Shown here in pieces: positions 60,660 to 64,000 of a DNA stretch of 64,000 nucleotides. The notes beneath the pieces were generated by a model. It was given only the letters and a program-made list of their open reading frames with translations. It did no database searches and was not told where the DNA came from. The position numbers were made by a program, and so were the translations under genes. Within the stretch, counting starts at the first letter, position 1. Each line of letters opens with the position of its first letter. Source of the DNA: a virus (taxonomy: Duplodnaviria; Caudoviricetes); IMG/VR virus record IMGVR_UViG_3300044535_000374, positions 3,212-67,211 of that record; one strand, given 5' to 3'.

Positions 60660-61634
60660 TTATTTTTTAATTACTACACGATAAGCATTTGTTGAAGGAG
60701 CTACTGCGAAAGATACTATAACTTGAATTGAGTCAACATTAACAATATCTACCATTACTTCTTCGCCTGTCGCATTATCGTATACAGCAATAATTAAAGC
60801 TGCAGTATTAAGACCATGAATTACATTAAAAGAAGTATTAGTCCCATTGCCTATTAATGTAGTATATCCTCCTACATTTGCATCTAGGTAAGTCTTTAGT
60901 TTAAGAGGAGTAATTGCTTCTGTATCATCAGTACCTGCGTTAACAGCTGTTTGGTCTGCAATTCTTACAAGACCTAAAGTAGTTTCTGTAGCTTGGTCTC
61001 TGTTTACTTCTAATTGAATCCAATCAGCAGCACTTGAAGTAGATGCGCTATTAATTTTTGCGATAATAACATCACCCACATTAAACGCTACACCACCTGT
61101 AGTACCTGCTACAGATACGTACCAATAATCTCCAGACTTAGTTCCTGCTGTTGGAGCAGAACCAACTGGGAAAGAGCCACTAGAAGCATCCCATGCACCT
61201 TCTAGATTTCCTAATCCACCTATATTTGCGTCTACATAAGACTTAACAGCTGCTGCTGTAGGTACTGCTGTAGAACCACTATTTGTAGTCAAATCGGTAG
61301 ATACATTCGCAAGTTTTGCAGTTGTAATTCCACCATCCTTTACTCTAATTGTATCTGTTGCAATCTCTACTGTAGAATTATCTACATTCACATCTAAGGT
61401 AATAATACCATTAGAAGTAGCTGCAGCTAACCCAGCACCTCCGATTACGTCACGAATATCTCCTGACATGTCTATCCAAGCTGTGCCATCCCAGAAGTAA
61501 ATTCTGTTATCTCCAGTATTGTAATACACCTGACCCTGAACTGGAGAGCTAGGTGCTGATGATAAGTTCTGAATCGCTGCGTTCAGAATCTGGTTTTTCG
61601 CTAGGTCTAAATTGACCAAAAACTTCTTTGCCAT
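60660..61634 (-). CDS. Tail / structural fibre protein
   Basis: DL.KNQI.NA..Q, GQVYYNT, ATET..G...IA, H.LNT motifs. Confidence 0.65.
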   Translation of the reverse strand: MAKKFLVNLDLAKNQILNAAIQNLSSAPSSPVQGQVYYNTGDNRIYFWDGTAWIDMSGDIRDVIGGAGLAAATSNGIITLDVNVDNSTVEIATDTIRVKDGGITTAKLANVSTDLTTNSGSTAVPTAAAVKSYVDANIGGLGNLEGAWDASSGSFPVGSAPTAGTKSGDYWYVSVAGTTGGVAFNVGDVIIAKINSASTSSAADWIQLEVNRDQATETTLGLVRIADQTAVNAGTDDTEAITPLKLKTYLDANVGGYTTLIGNGTNTSFNVIHGLNTAALIIAVYDNATGEEVMVDIVNVDSIQVIVSFAVAPSTNAYRVVIKK

Positions 61635-61641
61635 TTTGTTT

Positions 61642-62847
61642 TTAATTTAAGTAAGCCTTTCCACTAAACGCAGCAGTAAAGGTTATTGTTATTTGATTTA
61701 ATGAATTATATTTTACATCTCCTATCACCTCGTCATTCGCAGTATCTACTATGTTTACAGCTGGATACTTATTCATATTATGTGTTATAACCCAAGACAC
61801 CGAAGCAGTCTGCTGGTCATGCACATAATTCTCTCTAGGAATGTTCAATACATTGCCAACAAAGGTAGCATTTCCTCCGCTTCCGTTAGTTGTTAATGTG
61901 ATTGGTTGTTGATAATCTGTCCCAGGTACAGCGTTAGTTAATTCACTTGTAGCACTCCATTTTGCAATAGAGCCAGCAGTACCTCCACCAGCCAAAGCTG
62001 TAGTAACACTCACATATGCATTGAATGTTAACAAATCACCAGCGATAGGACTAAATAACAATGTAACACTTGCACCACTTGTTGCAGTAAAATTAGCTGC
62101 TGGTAGCCTAGAACCGTTATAGAATACATCTACCTGATTTGGTATGTATGGGAATGTGTAGGTAGTCTGTCCAGCGGTTGCTGTAAAAGAGTACACATTT
62201 CTAGCAAAGATTCCTGTTCCAATACCAGAAGATACCTTATCCCAAACACTTCCGTCATACATCACTAAGTCCCCAGCATTGAACACAATAGGTACACCAC
62301 CGAAGTTAGCCGTGCCTGCGAAATTACACTTGTAAATATCTCCTCTGTTACCAATACCATTAGTCAAAGTAGGTGTGTTAGTAGATGCGTTCCATTGGCC
62401 TAATAAGTCCATTACAGACACATTAATCTCAACATCGTCTTCTACGTAACTATCATCTAAGAAGGTTATTCTGATTGTGTAAATCCTTCCGTTATTAGTA
62501 AGAGACACAGCTTTTACGCTCTTATTATAAGCATATTCCCACTGCTGAATCTTATTTGAGTTGTAGATATTATCTATCACAACCTTTGGTACAATACCTC
62601 CTGGGCCTCCTAAATCTATCCCACTAAGGTCAATTCTTTCTGGCACAAGCCCACTGCTGTTAGAGTGCCCTGTAATTGAGCTAGCCTCTTCCTCAGTGCT
62701 TAATGCATTAATAGCAAAACCAGTTGATAGAACAGGCTGGTCTTCTGTGCTGAATAAGGTAGGAGTTATTACCCCTACATTACCCTCACCAGAGACTGAG
62801 TTGCCTTCCTCTGTTATGTTTAAGCTATTTATATTTAATGATGGCAT
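61642..62847 (-). CDS. Tail / structural fibre protein
   Basis: Likely start MPSLN at 62847; WNASTNTPTL, ATAGQT.....VDVFYNG, W.ITHN..KYP.V, FSGKAYLN. Confidence 0.65.
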   Translation of the reverse strand: MPSLNINSLNITEEGNSVSGEGNVGVITPTLFSTEDQPVLSTGFAINALSTEEEASSITGHSNSSGLVPERIDLSGIDLGGPGGIVPKVVIDNIYNSNKIQQWEYAYNKSVKAVSLTNNGRIYTIRITFLDDSYVEDDVEINVSVMDLLGQWNASTNTPTLTNGIGNRGDIYKCNFAGTANFGGVPIVFNAGDLVMYDGSVWDKVSSGIGTGIFARNVYSFTATAGQTTYTFPYIPNQVDVFYNGSRLPAANFTATSGASVTLLFSPIAGDLLTFNAYVSVTTALAGGGTAGSIAKWSATSELTNAVPGTDYQQPITLTTNGSGGNATFVGNVLNIPRENYVHDQQTASVSWVITHNMNKYPAVNIVDTANDEVIGDVKYNSLNQITITFTAAFSGKAYLN

Positions 62848-62848
62848 A

Positions 62849-63112
62849 CTATATGATTGGGAACGCAAGTTTAGTTCCATCAGCAAATGAATCCATTGCA
62901 ACAAGTAGATTTACTAGTTGAACAGCCTCGTCTGTCTGGTCTGTGTCTATTGCGAACTTTAAAGCTACATTTACTAAATAAAACATTACCTGACGGTCAT
63001 ATGTGTCAGGGTTAAGAGTATTAGTCATTTGAGAATAACCCTCTTTAGCCCATGCTGACCATAATCTAATGCCAGAATTTCTTATGTTGTTTAACTCTGT
63101 ACTTGTATACAT
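62849..63112 (-). CDS. Hypothetical structural-region protein
   Basis: 87 aa, tightly packed with neighbours. Confidence 0.55.
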   Translation of the reverse strand: MYTSTELNNIRNSGIRLWSAWAKEGYSQMTNTLNPDTYDRQVMFYLVNVALKFAIDTDQTDEAVQLVNLLVAMDSFADGTKLAFPII

Positions 63113-63657
63113 TAGAATAATTTTACTACATAGTTATTAATTCTGTCTATTGCATCTTGGCTAGACTGGATGTCTCCTAGCTCAGCCATGTAATCAGACA
63201 GGTCTAACTCAGCCGCAAATAGCGTCAAGTTCTTCATGTACACCTTATCATCTCTTAAAGTCTGACTATTCTTCATATTTAACACAGCCTTTAGGTACTT
63301 TGACTTCTCAGTCACATTGATTGGGTATACACCATAATCCTGCTTTTGGGCAGCCGTAAGTGTTACACCATTCGTTGTAAGCTCAAACTCAAATCTATAA
63401 GCTCCGCTAGGTAAATTGTTATTCCCACTAGCTACGAAAGTCATAGTTGCACTATTGGTAAATGTGAATGTCTTGAATGGAGTCACCGTGTCTGTTGTAC
63501 GGTAAACTCTTACCACTTTAGCTGTCACATTAGATGTGTTTATAGCAGCCCCTCCTCCAGAGGTTTCTGTGCCACCATAGTTGCTATTATCGGTAAAGGT
63601 GACGCTAGTAGCATCGTATGCTACGTCTACCTTTAAATCTGCTTGAAATATTGCCAT
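63112..63657 (-). CDS. Hypothetical structural protein
   Basis: 181 aa; FTD...YG, LP.G.Y.F pattern. Confidence 0.55.
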   Translation of the reverse strand: MAIFQADLKVDVAYDATSVTFTDNSNYGGTETSGGGAAINTSNVTAKVVRVYRTTDTVTPFKTFTFTNSATMTFVASGNNNLPSGAYRFEFELTTNGVTLTAAQKQDYGVYPINVTEKSKYLKAVLNMKNSQTLRDDKVYMKNLTLFAAELDLSDYMAELGDIQSSQDAIDRINNYVVKLF

Positions 63658-63671
63658 TTTCTATATTTTTA

Positions 63672-63679
63672 CAAAGATA
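63672..63679 (-). promoter_or_regulatory. -7 promoter element TATCTTTG
   Basis: Intergenic, upstream of ATG 63657. Confidence 0.6.
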
Positions 63680-63688
63680 CTTAATACT

Positions 63689-63976
63689 TTACTTTAATTT
63701 AGCTGCTCTTTTCTCGGCCACATACTTGATGATTTCGTCTCTAATAAACCCTACATTCGGTTCATAATAACTATTTATCTCTCCATTGTTTTTAACCTTT
63801 CTTCCTCTTACATTTAACGATTTTTGTAAGTCAGGAGAAGATACTAGGCCTCCATCTACCAAGTCTCTAATAAACTCAATCTTTGATGCTTCTGTTACCT
63901 TTATAGTGTTTAATGTTTGAATGATTCCATCAATCTTGGCATCACTTCCGTTCATTTTAACAATCTGACTAATCAT
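63689..63976 (-). CDS. Hypothetical protein
   Basis: 95 aa ORF. Confidence 0.5.
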   Translation of the reverse strand: MISQIVKMNGSDAKIDGIIQTLNTIKVTEASKIEFIRDLVDGGLVSSPDLQKSLNVRGRKVKNNGEINSYYEPNVGFIRDEIIKYVAEKRAAKLK

Positions 63977-64000
63977 CTCATCCTTAGCTACATTTTTAAC

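Noticed and set aside
1-64000. Stop-codon reassignment as seen in some crAss-like phages
   Set aside because: Long genes are intact under the standard code with high coding density, and TAG and TGA both end well-packed genes

Overview
The window is most of a tailed dsDNA phage genome (about one third GC) infecting a Bacteroidota host. Evidence for the host is about 19 TAnnTTTG sigma promoters, A-rich leaders without Shine-Dalgarno sequences and a T9SS-type sorting domain. The virion module is crAss-like and podovirus-type. Layout: (i) 1-25.5 kb, minus strand: terminase, portal, scaffold, major capsid, ring, muzzle and cargo genes, plus a giant protein with two zincin motifs that runs off the left edge. 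(ii) 25.56-26.5 kb: a structured non-coding divergence point, possibly the genome end. (iii) 26.6-41.8 kb, plus strand: early and middle genes (amidoligase, class II glutamine amidotransferase, HTH initiator with iteron origin, primase-helicase, ERF/RecE recombination). (iv) 41.8-64 kb, minus strand: lysis genes, an envelope/secretion-like operon and tail fibres with S74 chaperones. The most notable items are a self-contained operon with two CsgG-like proteins, a cohesin/dockerin-like secreted protein, a stand-alone T9SS-CTD-like lipoprotein and a beta-barrel (43.7-49.1 kb); 3' UTR segments complementary to start-codon regions; a 9 kb early region with no CCAG/CTGG; and short junction repeats around small gene cassettes. 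All product calls come from motif recognition by eye, and all counts are manual.
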